Positions 21,201-30,768 of a stretch of 64,000 bases of DNA are shown here, piece after piece. The notes beneath the pieces were generated by a model that saw nothing but the letters and a program-made list of their open reading frames with translations, was not told the DNA's origin and made no database searches. The translations under genes were made by a program, and so were the position numbers. Source of the stretch: a virus (Duplodnaviria > Caudoviricetes); the IMG/VR virus record IMGVR_UViG_3300037454_001182, positions 1-64,000 of that record. The stretch is one strand, 5' to 3'. Every line of letters begins with the position of its first letter. The first letter of the stretch is position 1.

Positions 21201-22518
21201 TGGGGTCTGTGTGGAGTTTCTGCGCATACTCCTGTGTTCTGGTCAGCACCTCATTCTCTGCGGCTGTCACCAGTCCTAATCCAGATTGAATCTTCTTTAC
21301 GTTCCAACCCAACAGGACAAATGAGTTAGCCCTTGCAGGTTTCAGTGTCTCGTTTGGAAGATAGAGGCCGTAGGTCTCATTGCGGACAATCTCAAACCAC
21401 TGTGAATCTGGATTGACTGCACCGTTCACTTTATCTGGCTCATCGTCTGGATTGAAAGCAAGGTCGAATATCATGCCATTCAATGCACCACTCTGGAACT
21501 GCACTTGAAGATTCTGGCCGGGCAATATGTAATCCTTTGAGAACTCGAGAGACGAACACTTGAACCGATAGATGGGCACGGTAATGGTGGCGTTCTCATC
21601 GTCTGAGGTCTCATCCTTTACCTCGCGCATATCAGTTTGCAGGTCGGTAATCTCACAGTCCATGTGAGGGTACACATCATCGAATATGACAACTCCCTCG
21701 ACTATCTCATCATCGGAAAGGCCATTGACAATATCCACATACGGAGTGGCCTCTGGCAGCATGACGCGCTTCTGTACCACTCCGTTCATAAGTACCTGCT
21801 CATCATTCTGGCGGTAGTCAGGCGGTATGTTCCTGTCTGAACCAAAGGCGTAGAGACGTGTGATATACTCCTGTTCGCTCTTCTCGCTGCCCATATCCTC
21901 GACATTCACGCCAACCTCGAAGTTGACAGCGGAACCAGTCTCACACTTGCCGAAGTGGATAACGCTATCCTCAATCCACCATTCACATTCAAAGGCTTCA
22001 GCAATCTGGGTCAAAGCATCCAACAGGTACTTGTTATTGTACTGGATGAAGATGTTACGACTGGCTGATTCGATGGTGTACGATGCAGGGTCAACGGTGT
22101 AGTTCCATCCGTAGAACTCCAGATTACGGAGGAACACCGCCATGTGGTTTTGCAGTTTGTCAGTCAGTGACCAGTTAGCCTCATTCCTGTGTGTGGATGG
22201 CTCAAACTTGAACAGCTTGTTATTCCATTTGTAGTGAGGTGCGTCAAACTGAAGGTCATAGTTATAGCCTCCAGTAGAGGCGTTAAACGTGGGCTTCTGG
22301 GGTTTCGTTATCTCAAAGCGGCCTCTCAAAGCAGGGTCAAAGTCCTGCCCTATCTGGATATAGTCACCGAGAGAGACAGCGAACTTATTGGACGTTGTGA
22401 ATACCAGGCGCACATAATCCTCTTTCATCAACTCGAACTTGCGAACTGATGAAGCCTCGAATACGGCTGAATGTTTCACCGTGCCGTTTCTTCCTACTAT
22501 GTCTATTGTTGCTGCCAT
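15220..22518 (-). CDS. Large minor tail / host-specificity protein
   Basis: 2432 aa downstream of the tape measure and Dit-like genes; four internal (S/A)D(G/N)xxxxxxEK repeats. Confidence 0.8.
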   Translation of the reverse strand: MAATIDIVGRNGTVKHSAVFEASSVRKFELMKEDYVRLVFTTSNKFAVSLGDYIQIGQDFDPALRGRFEITKPQKPTFNASTGGYNYDLQFDAPHYKWNNKLFKFEPSTHRNEANWSLTDKLQNHMAVFLRNLEFYGWNYTVDPASYTIESASRNIFIQYNNKYLLDALTQIAEAFECEWWIEDSVIHFGKCETGSAVNFEVGVNVEDMGSEKSEQEYITRLYAFGSDRNIPPDYRQNDEQVLMNGVVQKRVMLPEATPYVDIVNGLSDDEIVEGVVIFDDVYPHMDCEITDLQTDMREVKDETSDDENATITVPIYRFKCSSLEFSKDYILPGQNLQVQFQSGALNGMIFDLAFNPDDEPDKVNGAVNPDSQWFEIVRNETYGLYLPNETLKPARANSFVLLGWNVKKIQSGLGLVTAAENEVLTRTQEYAQKLHTDPNVYPCKMMADYMFGLDRSGNQDSTYTKVGSFPLGQRICLVNDNFFEGGSRNSRVIGFEYKMDMPYDGAVIYVGESATYSSKRDTEAKINEAMDAINYQGSNYIAYGGSSNIYIITTNEDTEPSDGNVYSALKTERSFARKDRDDSISSLWTFNPGNGQRRGVQTKDYQTYGAANEDNLFGKGFELIEKTIGGNRRTRLEVDELLVRVKAFFASLEIREISYVGGNYAFSAAGSRIYYVEWLGASDVVLTKAAANIPLVKKFRCYLYSDDGTTATENRWAANDQALCETFNIDSGVHSNTSNKRYWRRVLAVGRGIIPSLQETQPQAPELASKQYQYVDLSNMVSTDYEAGSAYPEAEDAIVQMGNWTNAARQGVIYLKVEGAGSPAIMEYSGVGVEHFTLPDPTLLLSPSKNVIYGEFHSVVDETHGNTGDGNTIEDQLRALIEQLNDIKNQADKKFDIWFGSGAPLPSKDSPSATPNYPASEWPTDSLKALHAQDIFYDTTRTPASTGGRAWRWIAVESNGTVTYYWDEITDADTLASLEKIADVASDGVLTGGAEKIRVFVDWKKALSEHEEYAVRAVDYGITTEWNAYHAAFLALANMLNNWSDLGKDSNGIYLTPAWFANLYADTTINSPVTYRERWANYYSALATFVDALPEKAKDLIDDIVSDGIISGGTEKSELYKEWMRTKEEYFDYVARATAYGFTTFGNQDHASREYGYYQDEAAFESAFDALILMLNGGTYGGGQEEVNKDATNRTVLLYNGQQLLWLRDLQANTVIGNYSYTDGSSSVAYTATKYRQLWNTYYYASVKLLNDFAEYSKALADDALHRLDDIVSDGKITPAEKNTLLLNWREVVTEYPVLISQSNTYTNALESGTMKTELQTASSQYITAFNTLATLLNGGTTYEYSFASGNTPANFPTPSWLGTYLTRTETLTAQQKLDFNAAWDGYYNKRTALQDLFVDVAKKSGDDALGELDNLAADNILTPFEKLTVLREWDAAYNEYEKIIAQANKTHVDSSAYTNAFYRLGNYLYDKTDSTTNRHVTYNTMAGSILVASGDTAISGSLFKTIWSNYYKERSDLVAAISVSHVSYFVSSSNTPPTPPFKVGDLWLQSDTNEMMVCTTALASGNNSYTVSNYWANLKDITEKRDPRLLLASMANMVYTYDGGYIRDKSINQYVNIYLGATIPSTANANGDMAYGANTNVVKRFESGSWVTIENDLFQNVFKSVYELTGTYTIRIFRLKPSLVTPKLYDILCSQITFTDTNFPVGDANREVEGGIFIRMYNGSDWEVLQESNHSVIQNLPGYIRAVAMASANGVVNSSGFITSSDWATLFSQATDADGNILAQAHLGTFVTKVSDGNGGYKIQSGVKIDGDQVNITAGDAISLAISNAVAGVKGYGPNLLPHSIINETSNAYGFGKRTLKLEAGKSYTLSASGIVPTSLPSNMVLKVFIYRRKDSTEASTTSEIGYSWAWSRSFNITKNGGAARTASVSFTADKTATYEIESYLYDTNEEGGANGTGNSGTRTYPVTILWYKVEEGSVATSWVPEESDGNGLDNFIVNPLAVTGTKEENADFTSSEVTDGTFGKVLQVSHNVNGHWQLLFTRRTNFSLLTGNDATFYVICKNLATSNETYVQNSGGTLVPSRLCFGYDDSGTQIVVDTINSPFVDLGNGWRKYYATKRMTSALGSTVGICHVMGSWRIYAVGIVLGGVCPLVAEIMSKNNLLTTGIDITTGIIKLRADKVSFESSDGTVTNKISIDPTTGTLKATDADIAGKVTASSGKFGNLVISGDYFYADNGVLRFGLLGDSYTIMSTSQQELARNANLYMMNDSSYCIFATTMASGRAAIIAYGPTAIESQGKTSLQGGLIKKLTKISSAYTVLKTDSIILCEGSSAYTVTLPTDAVTGQQFTIISDNTANVTIAASGSDVIRHSNLIAYSNFLGQGSVVLPANVEAHSETDGWSGDTTTYYSKAYGVILVYNATDHKWYSRYII

Positions 22519-22520
22519 TA

Positions 22521-22916
22521 TTAACGGTTGTTAGGGTTATACTCTCTCAGTCTCAGAACGAACTTTCCAACGCCACGCATGAACTGGCTGAACTGCTGAC
22601 AGGAAAGATAGAGGCAATGGTACGTTGAACCAAGCACGCCTATATCGACCTTACCAGTCTTTAACTCCGCACACAAAGCGGCATATCTGGTTAGGAACTC
22701 TGATTCATTCGCGCCATACACTCCGAGATTCAGAGTGAAGTCACGATAATTCACATAGGCGGCATCCTCTGTCACCACTCTTACACCATGCTCCAAACGG
22801 CTTGAACTCTGCACCCTGTCTTTCATCGGTGGTGGTGTCAGAAGTTGACCGACCGAACTCTCATCAAGGTAGATACCTGCCAGAGTTTTGCTGTTTATCG
22901 TTACTGCTACTGCCAT
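22521..22916 (-). CDS. Distal tail (Dit)-like protein
   Basis: 131 aa between tape measure and the large tail protein. Confidence 0.55.
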   Translation of the reverse strand: MAVAVTINSKTLAGIYLDESSVGQLLTPPPMKDRVQSSSRLEHGVRVVTEDAAYVNYRDFTLNLGVYGANESEFLTRYAALCAELKTGKVDIGVLGSTYHCLYLSCQQFSQFMRGVGKFVLRLREYNPNNR

Positions 22917-22917
22917 A

Positions 22918-25900
22918 TTATTTCGTCTGGGTTACTATTTTGTCTAACTGTTGCTCGAACTTCTGATAAGCCTTTTTGTTGGCTTCCAGAATGTCCTCAA
23001 GGAATGCGTTATTTGTTATCATCAAGTTTCGTATTTCTACGAGTGTCAGATTACGACCGTCTGCAAGAGCGGATAAGGCTGCAAGGGTCGTGACCATCGA
23101 AGTGATGCCCTCGCTGATTCTCTCACCTGACATCTGGAGTGCGGTAAAACGTCCATTCAGTTCATCGGCTGTGTCTTGGCCCATGGAACTCCAACCGCCA
23201 GTAGATACGTTCTGCTCGTAGGGGTCTTTGTTGGACTTTATCATTCCAGAGGCTTGCATATTCTCACGCCATGCCAGAGACTTGTCTGAAATGGCTTGGT
23301 TCATCTGCTCTATTCTGGCTTTCTCTGCGGCATCAATCATTCCATCCTCTGAGGCTTTAGCGATATAGTCATACAGTGCCTTAATATCATCTTTCAGTGT
23401 CTCATTCACGAAACTCTCAACAAGGGCGTTTGTGATAAGTTCCTGTATGTGGTCTGCGAAATCCTCTGTTGTGCTATCCAGATTCTTCAACATGGACTTA
23501 TAGGAATCCATGAAGCCATCCCACGAATAGCCAGTCAACTTCTCATTGAGTGCCGATGTCAGTTCATCAATCTTGCCAGAACGAGCGATATACTCATTCA
23601 CCAAATCCTGTGGGTTACGGTGGCCATCGGTAGAGAAAAGTTCTGCCCATCTGGTAGGAGCGAAATCACGGAGCAACTGCATTTCCTCTGGGGTGAGGTT
23701 CCACATACTACCTGCGCTATTGACCGTACTCGAATAGCCATGCTCACGCAAAATCTGGTTGAACTCATTCCAACCTGCCCATCCGCTGCCCTGTGAGTTG
23801 GCATTGAATGAGTGTTTACCACCGAGGCCCAGGAATCCATAACCGCTGTTAGCATACTCTGATGCCCTGTCATTGATAGCCCTGCGTTGGTTGGCCTCCC
23901 AATCCCTTTCAGCATCAAGAGCCTTGCGGTATGCTTCAACGGATTCTTTGTTGGTAGAAGTGGAATCACTAATCTTACTTGCCAACTTCTCAATGGAATC
24001 AGAAAGAATCTCATTCACTCTTGCCAGTTCGGCAATTTCTTTTTCCATTTCATCCTCATTGCCACGACCTGCAAAGATATTGATTCCCATTCGAGCAAAC
24101 CCGGCCACTCCATCCAGAACACCGTTAATGGCACCGAACACATCACCCTTTGCAAGCGCACCGATGGCAGAAGTGAAACCATTCACGCCATCTGCGAACC
24201 CATGCACGGCTTGACCGAAATCGGTATTCTCAACCCCAATCTTATCAATGAAGTCTGCCATGCTCTGGCTGTTCTCGTTGATGAGGTTGATAATGCCCAT
24301 TGCTCCACCTCCTTGACTGCTTACTGCGTTCTTGAAGATGTCACCGATGGAACTGCCGGACAACATCGCATTGGCATTAGACACCTTTTTCTGGGCGTTA
24401 GATGTATCTTCCATCGCTTCGCCCAAATCAGTAGTGGCTATCTGCAACTGGTCGAAAGCCTCTGACAGTCTTTGCCCTGCCTCGCTTGTCTCATCTATGC
24501 CGTACAACTCGAAGATGTCAAGTTTCTGGTCTGGCGTGACTGTGTTCAAATCGAGGTCAACGTGCATGTCTTCACCGACAACCTCATGTATCTGGTCAAT
24601 GATAGCAAGCTGCAACCCTGTGACCACATCCATTGCCTCTTGCTGCTCACGGAGTTTTCTATTATACTCATCCTGTGCCTCTGCTGCGGCTCTGGTCAGT
24701 CTCTCACGCTCTTTCAAAGCAGGTATGAGTGAACTCCAGACGTTGGTACGCTCACTAATCTTATCCTCAATCTCCAGAATCTTCTCAGCCAACAGTTTTG
24801 CGTTCTCTGGTGAAATGTCTTTCATGTCGAGTGCGGCCTTTAACTTGGCTTTCAGTTGACGAAGTGCTTCAGTAGATTGTCTGTCAAGATTATCAAACAG
24901 CGTTTCCCAGTCGATAGAGTTCTGTAACTCTGTCATATCCAGTTCCGCAATGAGACGGTCACGCTCTTTTTCGAGCGCGGCTTTCTGGATGGCATCTTGC
25001 TCCTTGGCTATCTTGTTAGCATACTCGGCTGCAATGGCGGCTTTCTGGTCTTGGATGGAACCATACTCTTTGATGTAGTCATAGAGGTGCTGCAAATCCT
25101 CTTGCCTCAGATTTTCCAGTGCGCGATTGTGTTCAACCTCGGCTGCTCTCAGTCGCTCACGATAGTTTGCGGTCTCAGCATCGGTATAGTCAGTATTGAC
25201 GGTGCTTTCATCGAAAGCCTTGCCCTTGTTATCTGGGTTAGCCTCCCACAACTGGCGAGCCTCATCAATCTTCTTTTGTCTGAGGTCTGCGTATGCACGT
25301 TCTATTTCCTCTTTCTGTCTTTCAAAGTCAAGATTGATTTGGGCTGCTTGTTTACGGCTACCCTCTTCCATCGCGTCAATGGTGGCTTGGGTAGTGGCAA
25401 ACTCCATGTCCTTTGCAGCACGTTCACGGTCGAGCCTCTGTCTGCGCAACAGGTCTTGGTATTTCTGTTCCTGTTTGATGCGCTGCGCCCTCTCATTTGC
25501 GGCTTGCCTGTCACTATTCTTAGATTTGGTAGAGACATCACCACCTACTGCGGCAAAGGCATCCTTGGCGGTGGATAACTCCGACTGTGCGGCAATTCTT
25601 TCCTCTTTGGTGTACTTGCTACGATTGGCATCTATCTCTGCAAGTTTCTTTATGGCTGCATCATAGCGAGATTTGGCTGCATCGTATTCCTGTTGAAGTG
25701 AGGTTGCACCACCCTCTACGGTCTGCGCTGTCAGTCCATTCAGTTTAGCCAGGGCGGCGTTTAACTGCATCTGGAGAGTAGTCCAGTTGAACTTGAACTG
25801 TGCATTAAGAAAGAAGTCCACTTGATTACTACCGTCACTCTCGGCTTTCTCCTTGATGCCTTTGAGTGCGTCCAGAATCTTTTGCTTCTCAGTCAACTCC

Positions 25901-28518
25901 AGATTCAACTTTTCATCAATGGGGTTTTCGGCTTGCCTCTGGCGTAATTCATCCAGTTCTGCCTCTGCCTCTTCGATGAAAGCCTCTAACCGGGTCTGGC
26001 CTGTCTCAAAATCTATCTGCTCATTAGCCTCTTGCCAATGCTCAGTCATATCTTTTGCCCGAGAATAGAAGTCAACGATGGACTGTCTGACTTCTGCGTT
26101 ATCTCTGGCCTCTTGGATTCGGATTTCAATAGGGGTATTTTCCTCACGGATTCTGGCCTGTAATTCCTCATACTTTTGCACCTGCTCTTCCCATATTTTC
26201 AGTTGAGCCTCTGCACCAGGCAAACGCCTCTTTGCGGTGACTTGACTGTTGGAACCAGTATATTGTGACTGATACATCGCTGTCAAAGATGGTGTACCAT
26301 CACCAATCTCTGCCTTTAAGTCAGCAACTACTTTACGGTACTCTTCGACCTTTTTCTTGGCCTCTTCATACTCTTGCTCTTCCAGTTCTTTGTTGAGTTC
26401 TCTCTGGCCATCGGCTGCACCCAGAGCGGCTAACTGCTGTTGGGTGTACTTGTCTGTGATGTCTGGAACGAGAGTTTTCAACTCATTGTAGGCGGCTAAC
26501 TGTGCAAGTTCTGTCTGGTTCTTATCCTGTATGGTACGGAGTAACCCCTGCACCTTATCCCTGCGCTCTTCATTGAGTTTGTTCTGCTCTTCCATCGCCT
26601 CATTAGCCTTGCGAGTGGCTTTCTCTGTCTCTGATTCAGCGGTACAGAGTTTATACACTAAATAGGTCACACCTACAATGGCCGCACCCATCCAGAATAT
26701 AGGGGATGCGAGGAACGAGGCATTAACGGCATCAATGGCTTTCTTCAATGTGAGTTTAACCCCTGCGAGTATTCCAGTGGCCGTTGCATCGGCTCCCTGT
26801 GCTGCGGTATCTACTACGGTTGCGGCACTATTGGCCATCTTTGAAGTGGTCTCTGCCTTTGCTGCGGCTGCGGCTGCAACCTCTCTTGCTGCCATCAATT
26901 CCTTGGCTACACTGTTCCTGTTGGATGCTGCGGTATTCAGTTCCAACTCTGCGGATTCAATGGCTGTCTGGTTCCCAGATTGAACGGCTGCGGCATATTT
27001 GGCTTCTGCGGCTGCTACGGCTGTTTCTGCCTCTTCCAGTCTCAACGCTATCTGCGCTGAAATGGTAGTGGATTCATTGAAAGCGGCCTGTGCCTCTGCG
27101 GCCTGTGCCTGTAAGTTCGCAAGGTGGGCTGCTGCCTCTTCACGCAATGAGGTGATGAGGGCTGCTTTCTCTGGTGTCAGTCTGCCCTCTGCCACGGCAA
27201 TCTCGATGTCACTTTGGGCTTCGGCTTGCTTCAACGGTAGGATGGTTTGCAGTTGCGCAATCTCGGCCTCATACGCGGCATTGGTGGCCGCAACCTCACT
27301 ACTGGCAACGAGGGAGTTTTTCAGTCCATTTGCTGCCAACATTCCGCGATAGGTGGCGTAGGCTGCAATGAACAATTCCAGAGTAGTCAAGGCCGACTGC
27401 ATACTGCCATTGTCGAAAGCCTCATTCATGCTCTCTGCGATACTCTTACTCATTGAACGAATCTCATCACCAATAGGCATGAAGTACGCAAAGATGTTAT
27501 TGCGTAGTCTGGTAGTGGCGTTCCCTGCGGAGTCAGCCATCTTCTCATAAGCGGCTGTGGCTGCACCTGTGGAGTTTTTCATATCCTCGAAGTCCTGACG
27601 TGCTGATGCGGCATTCTCACCAGTGAGTGCCAGAACAGCATTCATGGCTTGTAGTTTTGACAGGTCACTCTTCAAAGCGGATTCAGAACCCTTGGATTTC
27701 TCAGCCACCTCATCCATCGCTTCAAGGAAAGTTCTACTCTTGAAAGCACCATCACCCAGAGAGTTTGTAGTGGCCGTGATAGCATCGCGTACTTGACGGA
27801 TGGCAATACCTGTCTTTGTTCCAGATTTGGTGAGTGATGCGACTGCGGCCAGAACATCTTCAATGGCAACTCCATACGCTGCGGCTATTGGTGTCACCTG
27901 CGCAATGTACGATCCTAATTCTCCGTAGGTAGTCTTACCGAGTTTGACAGTGGTAAACAGCAGGTCATTGACGTGCGCGGCTTCCTCTGCACTCATCTTG
28001 TATGAGTTCAAGATGGTAGTGATGGCATCTGCGGCTATGGCCGTTTCAGTAACGCCACCAATGGCACCCTTGGCAGATTCTTCAAGAACCCTCAAACCAT
28101 CGGCTCCATGATGTCCGGCAGATTCAATCTGATAGAGTGCCTTTGCTGCCTCTTCTGGGGCAATGGCTATCTCGGTACAGAGTTCTACGACCCTCTGTTT
28201 GTATGATTCAAGATTATTGGTGACATCTTCAGACAGGGTGCTAACTTCTTTCATGGCGGCTGAGAACTTGCCCATGTCGCTATACAGGGTCTTGATGAAG
28301 TTCCCAGATTCCATTAACGCGGTCAGTCCGGCCACACCTGCAGCCAGTTGTTTCACTCCACCCAAAGCGGATGAGGTGACACGTTGGAACATGGATTCAA
28401 TACTGTTGCCGCTTTTCTCAACAGCATTCTCCATACGCTTCACTCCCTGCTGCACTCCATTGAAAGAATCCAGTACGTTTCTGTTGTCACCTGTTATGTC
28501 GAATTTTATACCTGCCAT
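22918..28518 (-). CDS. Tail tape measure protein (TP901-like)
   Basis: 1866 aa, Ala-rich helical; AAKALYQIESAG, TVKLGKTTYGEL and ELNGRFTALQ segments. Confidence 0.92.
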   Translation of the reverse strand: MAGIKFDITGDNRNVLDSFNGVQQGVKRMENAVEKSGNSIESMFQRVTSSALGGVKQLAAGVAGLTALMESGNFIKTLYSDMGKFSAAMKEVSTLSEDVTNNLESYKQRVVELCTEIAIAPEEAAKALYQIESAGHHGADGLRVLEESAKGAIGGVTETAIAADAITTILNSYKMSAEEAAHVNDLLFTTVKLGKTTYGELGSYIAQVTPIAAAYGVAIEDVLAAVASLTKSGTKTGIAIRQVRDAITATTNSLGDGAFKSRTFLEAMDEVAEKSKGSESALKSDLSKLQAMNAVLALTGENAASARQDFEDMKNSTGAATAAYEKMADSAGNATTRLRNNIFAYFMPIGDEIRSMSKSIAESMNEAFDNGSMQSALTTLELFIAAYATYRGMLAANGLKNSLVASSEVAATNAAYEAEIAQLQTILPLKQAEAQSDIEIAVAEGRLTPEKAALITSLREEAAAHLANLQAQAAEAQAAFNESTTISAQIALRLEEAETAVAAAEAKYAAAVQSGNQTAIESAELELNTAASNRNSVAKELMAAREVAAAAAAKAETTSKMANSAATVVDTAAQGADATATGILAGVKLTLKKAIDAVNASFLASPIFWMGAAIVGVTYLVYKLCTAESETEKATRKANEAMEEQNKLNEERRDKVQGLLRTIQDKNQTELAQLAAYNELKTLVPDITDKYTQQQLAALGAADGQRELNKELEEQEYEEAKKKVEEYRKVVADLKAEIGDGTPSLTAMYQSQYTGSNSQVTAKRRLPGAEAQLKIWEEQVQKYEELQARIREENTPIEIRIQEARDNAEVRQSIVDFYSRAKDMTEHWQEANEQIDFETGQTRLEAFIEEAEAELDELRQRQAENPIDEKLNLELTEKQKILDALKGIKEKAESDGSNQVDFFLNAQFKFNWTTLQMQLNAALAKLNGLTAQTVEGGATSLQQEYDAAKSRYDAAIKKLAEIDANRSKYTKEERIAAQSELSTAKDAFAAVGGDVSTKSKNSDRQAANERAQRIKQEQKYQDLLRRQRLDRERAAKDMEFATTQATIDAMEEGSRKQAAQINLDFERQKEEIERAYADLRQKKIDEARQLWEANPDNKGKAFDESTVNTDYTDAETANYRERLRAAEVEHNRALENLRQEDLQHLYDYIKEYGSIQDQKAAIAAEYANKIAKEQDAIQKAALEKERDRLIAELDMTELQNSIDWETLFDNLDRQSTEALRQLKAKLKAALDMKDISPENAKLLAEKILEIEDKISERTNVWSSLIPALKERERLTRAAAEAQDEYNRKLREQQEAMDVVTGLQLAIIDQIHEVVGEDMHVDLDLNTVTPDQKLDIFELYGIDETSEAGQRLSEAFDQLQIATTDLGEAMEDTSNAQKKVSNANAMLSGSSIGDIFKNAVSSQGGGAMGIINLINENSQSMADFIDKIGVENTDFGQAVHGFADGVNGFTSAIGALAKGDVFGAINGVLDGVAGFARMGINIFAGRGNEDEMEKEIAELARVNEILSDSIEKLASKISDSTSTNKESVEAYRKALDAERDWEANQRRAINDRASEYANSGYGFLGLGGKHSFNANSQGSGWAGWNEFNQILREHGYSSTVNSAGSMWNLTPEEMQLLRDFAPTRWAELFSTDGHRNPQDLVNEYIARSGKIDELTSALNEKLTGYSWDGFMDSYKSMLKNLDSTTEDFADHIQELITNALVESFVNETLKDDIKALYDYIAKASEDGMIDAAEKARIEQMNQAISDKSLAWRENMQASGMIKSNKDPYEQNVSTGGWSSMGQDTADELNGRFTALQMSGERISEGITSMVTTLAALSALADGRNLTLVEIRNLMITNNAFLEDILEANKKAYQKFEQQLDKIVTQTK

Positions 28519-28579
28519 ATCTCGATGTCCTATTTGTACGATTTTACGTTTGCACCTTTTTTATAGTGCGTCAAGTTCG

Positions 28580-29308
28580 TCAAGCCCCCACCTCAACCCC
28601 TCTATTCTTCATTGCTGCGAGAATCTTCTGTGCGTTGTTGGGGTCAGAGGCATCTACGGATGTTCCTCCTACCTCTTCTGGCAGTTCCTTACGCTCTTCA
28701 TCTGTAAGGTGTAGTGTTGTCACCTTATCTGCGAGCATGAGGCGTAGGAACGAGTAGCCACGCTGATAGAGTATTTCGTCAGTAGTGAATCCCATTTCCA
28801 GTAGCGGTGCTATGAACGTGCCGAACATTCCCTTACCATTGAATGATACGGAATTTTTGTCGTGCTTGTTCTTTACCTCCATCACGGTATGCAGTCTATC
28901 ATGCTCTTTGTCGAGGCCCATGTGTTTGATAAGCTGCTCTGTCTTATCGGTAGTGAGTACCATGATGAGTAGGGACGCAAGGTCACTGGGTTCAATCTCA
29001 TTCACGAAGTAATTCTTTCGGATGGTGATTGAACGATGGTCGAATAAGTCTTTGTATGTATTGGGGGCTGTATGATACGCTAATATCTGGCAGCACTTTT
29101 CCTTATCTTTGTTGACAAGGCGCATGGCTTCCAGAAATGGATTGACGTGTAAGATGGACTGGTCTATTTCCAGACTGTCTATCTGACGCTTCAACAAGAA
29201 CATTTTGGCAAGGGTGATGGGGTAGAGATAAAAATGCTTGCGACCAACCGTGAATCCGTATGGTCTGCCAATTATAACGTCTGCGAGGTCATATTCTATC
29301 TCTTTCAT
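28580..29308 (-). CDS. Tail assembly chaperone (putative)
   Basis: Lies between the major tail and tape measure genes. Confidence 0.6.
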   Translation of the reverse strand: MKEIEYDLADVIIGRPYGFTVGRKHFYLYPITLAKMFLLKRQIDSLEIDQSILHVNPFLEAMRLVNKDKEKCCQILAYHTAPNTYKDLFDHRSITIRKNYFVNEIEPSDLASLLIMVLTTDKTEQLIKHMGLDKEHDRLHTVMEVKNKHDKNSVSFNGKGMFGTFIAPLLEMGFTTDEILYQRGYSFLRLMLADKVTTLHLTDEERKELPEEVGGTSVDASDPNNAQKILAAMKNRGVEVGA

Positions 29309-29327
29309 CGGTTGTTCTTTTTAGTTG

Positions 29328-29399
29328 CTCTGGGTGCGAGGCTCGAACTCGCGACTTCCACTCTTTCAAGTGACGTTCTACCAACTGAACTAACCCAGA
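29328..29399 (-). tRNA. tRNA-like gene (Phe/GAA-like) with a non-canonical 6-nt anticodon loop and no encoded CCA
   Basis: Acceptor TCTGGGT/ACCCAGA; D arm GTTC-AGTTGGTA-GAAC; anticodon arm TCACT-TGAAAG-AGTGG; T arm GCGAG-TTCGAGC-CTCGC. Confidence 0.75.
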
Positions 29400-29442
29400 T
29401 GTGGGGCCTTACTGCTATCACCCCCACATGGTATGAGGCTCC

Positions 29443-29880
29443 TTAACCGCCAGCTTGTGCAGCTTTGGCGGCAAAGGTGATGTCGGTCAAGTGACCATTT
29501 GCGTCTGTCTTTCCCTTGGTCTTATAGGTGTAAACAGCCACAAGACCATCGGTAGTGTCAAACTTGACAGCAACATGCTTGGAGCAGTCGGTGAGGGTGC
29601 AACCAATGGCACCTACCAGTTCTGGAGTAACGGTAACGTTGTTTCCGCTTCCAGAAAATCCAAGTTGGCCGTTTACCTCCGACACATCACCGATACGACG
29701 ATTGAAAGTAAGGATGTACTTATCTGGGGCTTTCTTCGTACCCTCGGATTCTCCACCCTCAATGTTGGCGTTCTGCTCTTGACCCTCTTCAACAGAAAGC
29801 GATGTGCTGTTTTCCACGATGTCAGAGAAACCTCCGGCCTCGCACTTACCCCAACCTAAAACTTTTGTTACGTTTGGCAT
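29443..29880 (-). CDS. Major tail (tube) protein
   Basis: 145 aa after the head-tail genes and before the chaperone/TMP. Confidence 0.65.
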   Translation of the reverse strand: MPNVTKVLGWGKCEAGGFSDIVENSTSLSVEEGQEQNANIEGGESEGTKKAPDKYILTFNRRIGDVSEVNGQLGFSGSGNNVTVTPELVGAIGCTLTDCSKHVAVKFDTTDGLVAVYTYKTKGKTDANGHLTDITFAAKAAQAGG

Positions 29881-29884
29881 AGTT

Positions 29885-30286
29885 CTATTCGTTTAATGAT
29901 TTATACTCGATTTGATTATTGATGATGTGTTCACTGGTTGCCTCCACCTCATACACCCTCTGCCGGAGCAGTGAGGCGCGATAGGAGTTGTCTGCACCCC
30001 AGAACACATTAAACAGTGATACGGCCTTTTTGCAAAGTTCCTCGATGCGCACTGTGTCCTCTTCTGGCTGATTGTCAACGGTGATGTCAGCGACATAGAT
30101 ATTCACATTCACGGTGGCTACCTGGACTTGACGGTTCTCATTGGCGAGGACAGAGATAATTATATCCTCTTTCTTTGAGTTGTGCGGTCTTTTCCTCTTG
30201 CTCACCTTTCCTGTGATGGTACTTGCCAACTCCGAGCCTTTGATGTGCTTGAAGATGTCAGTCTTTATCTCTTCGTCCGTTTTCAT
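29885..30286 (-). CDS. Tail terminator / completion protein (putative)
   Basis: Synteny and size. Confidence 0.55.
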   Translation of the reverse strand: MKTDEEIKTDIFKHIKGSELASTITGKVSKRKRPHNSKKEDIIISVLANENRQVQVATVNVNIYVADITVDNQPEEDTVRIEELCKKAVSLFNVFWGADNSYRASLLRQRVYEVEATSEHIINNQIEYKSLNE

Positions 30287-30765
30287 AGAGTGAGTGCGTT
30301 TATTTTCTTTAATGCGACTTCCTTTGCTCTTTCGAGCCGTGCGTTTACCTCATTTTGCGCCCATATCCGTGTGGATTCCAGAACGTCTTTACTCTCGATA
30401 GCCTCTACCTTGTCTGCATAGTTCATGGCTGCTACAACCACAAGTGCAAAGACATTGGCATATTCCCTTGCCAGTTCTGCAACCATCTTCTTTCCCTCAT
30501 CGGAACCGAGTTTCCCAGACTTGACCACATCGAATGCGGATTCAATCTGTTTCACTCCGTAGTCATAGATGGAGTAGCCGATGGATGAACGCAGGTTGGC
30601 GGTATGGTCTATCCAACTCTCATCTGCTGTGCGGTCTCTGACCTTGCGAACACTTTCCTCTCCGAGTTTGGCAAAGGCCATGAAGATTTCGTTTTTGATG
30701 ATGTCAAAACTTTTCTTCAAGAAAGCCTCAACTGCACTTGCAGGGGTTGTCATTCTTATTGCCAT
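30283..30765 (-). CDS. Neck / tail completion protein (HK97 gp10-like)
   Basis: WIDHTANLRSSIGY and VAAMNYA..VE motifs. Confidence 0.65.
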   Translation of the reverse strand: MAIRMTTPASAVEAFLKKSFDIIKNEIFMAFAKLGEESVRKVRDRTADESWIDHTANLRSSIGYSIYDYGVKQIESAFDVVKSGKLGSDEGKKMVAELAREYANVFALVVVAAMNYADKVEAIESKDVLESTRIWAQNEVNARLERAKEVALKKINALTL

Positions 30766-30768
30766 AGG

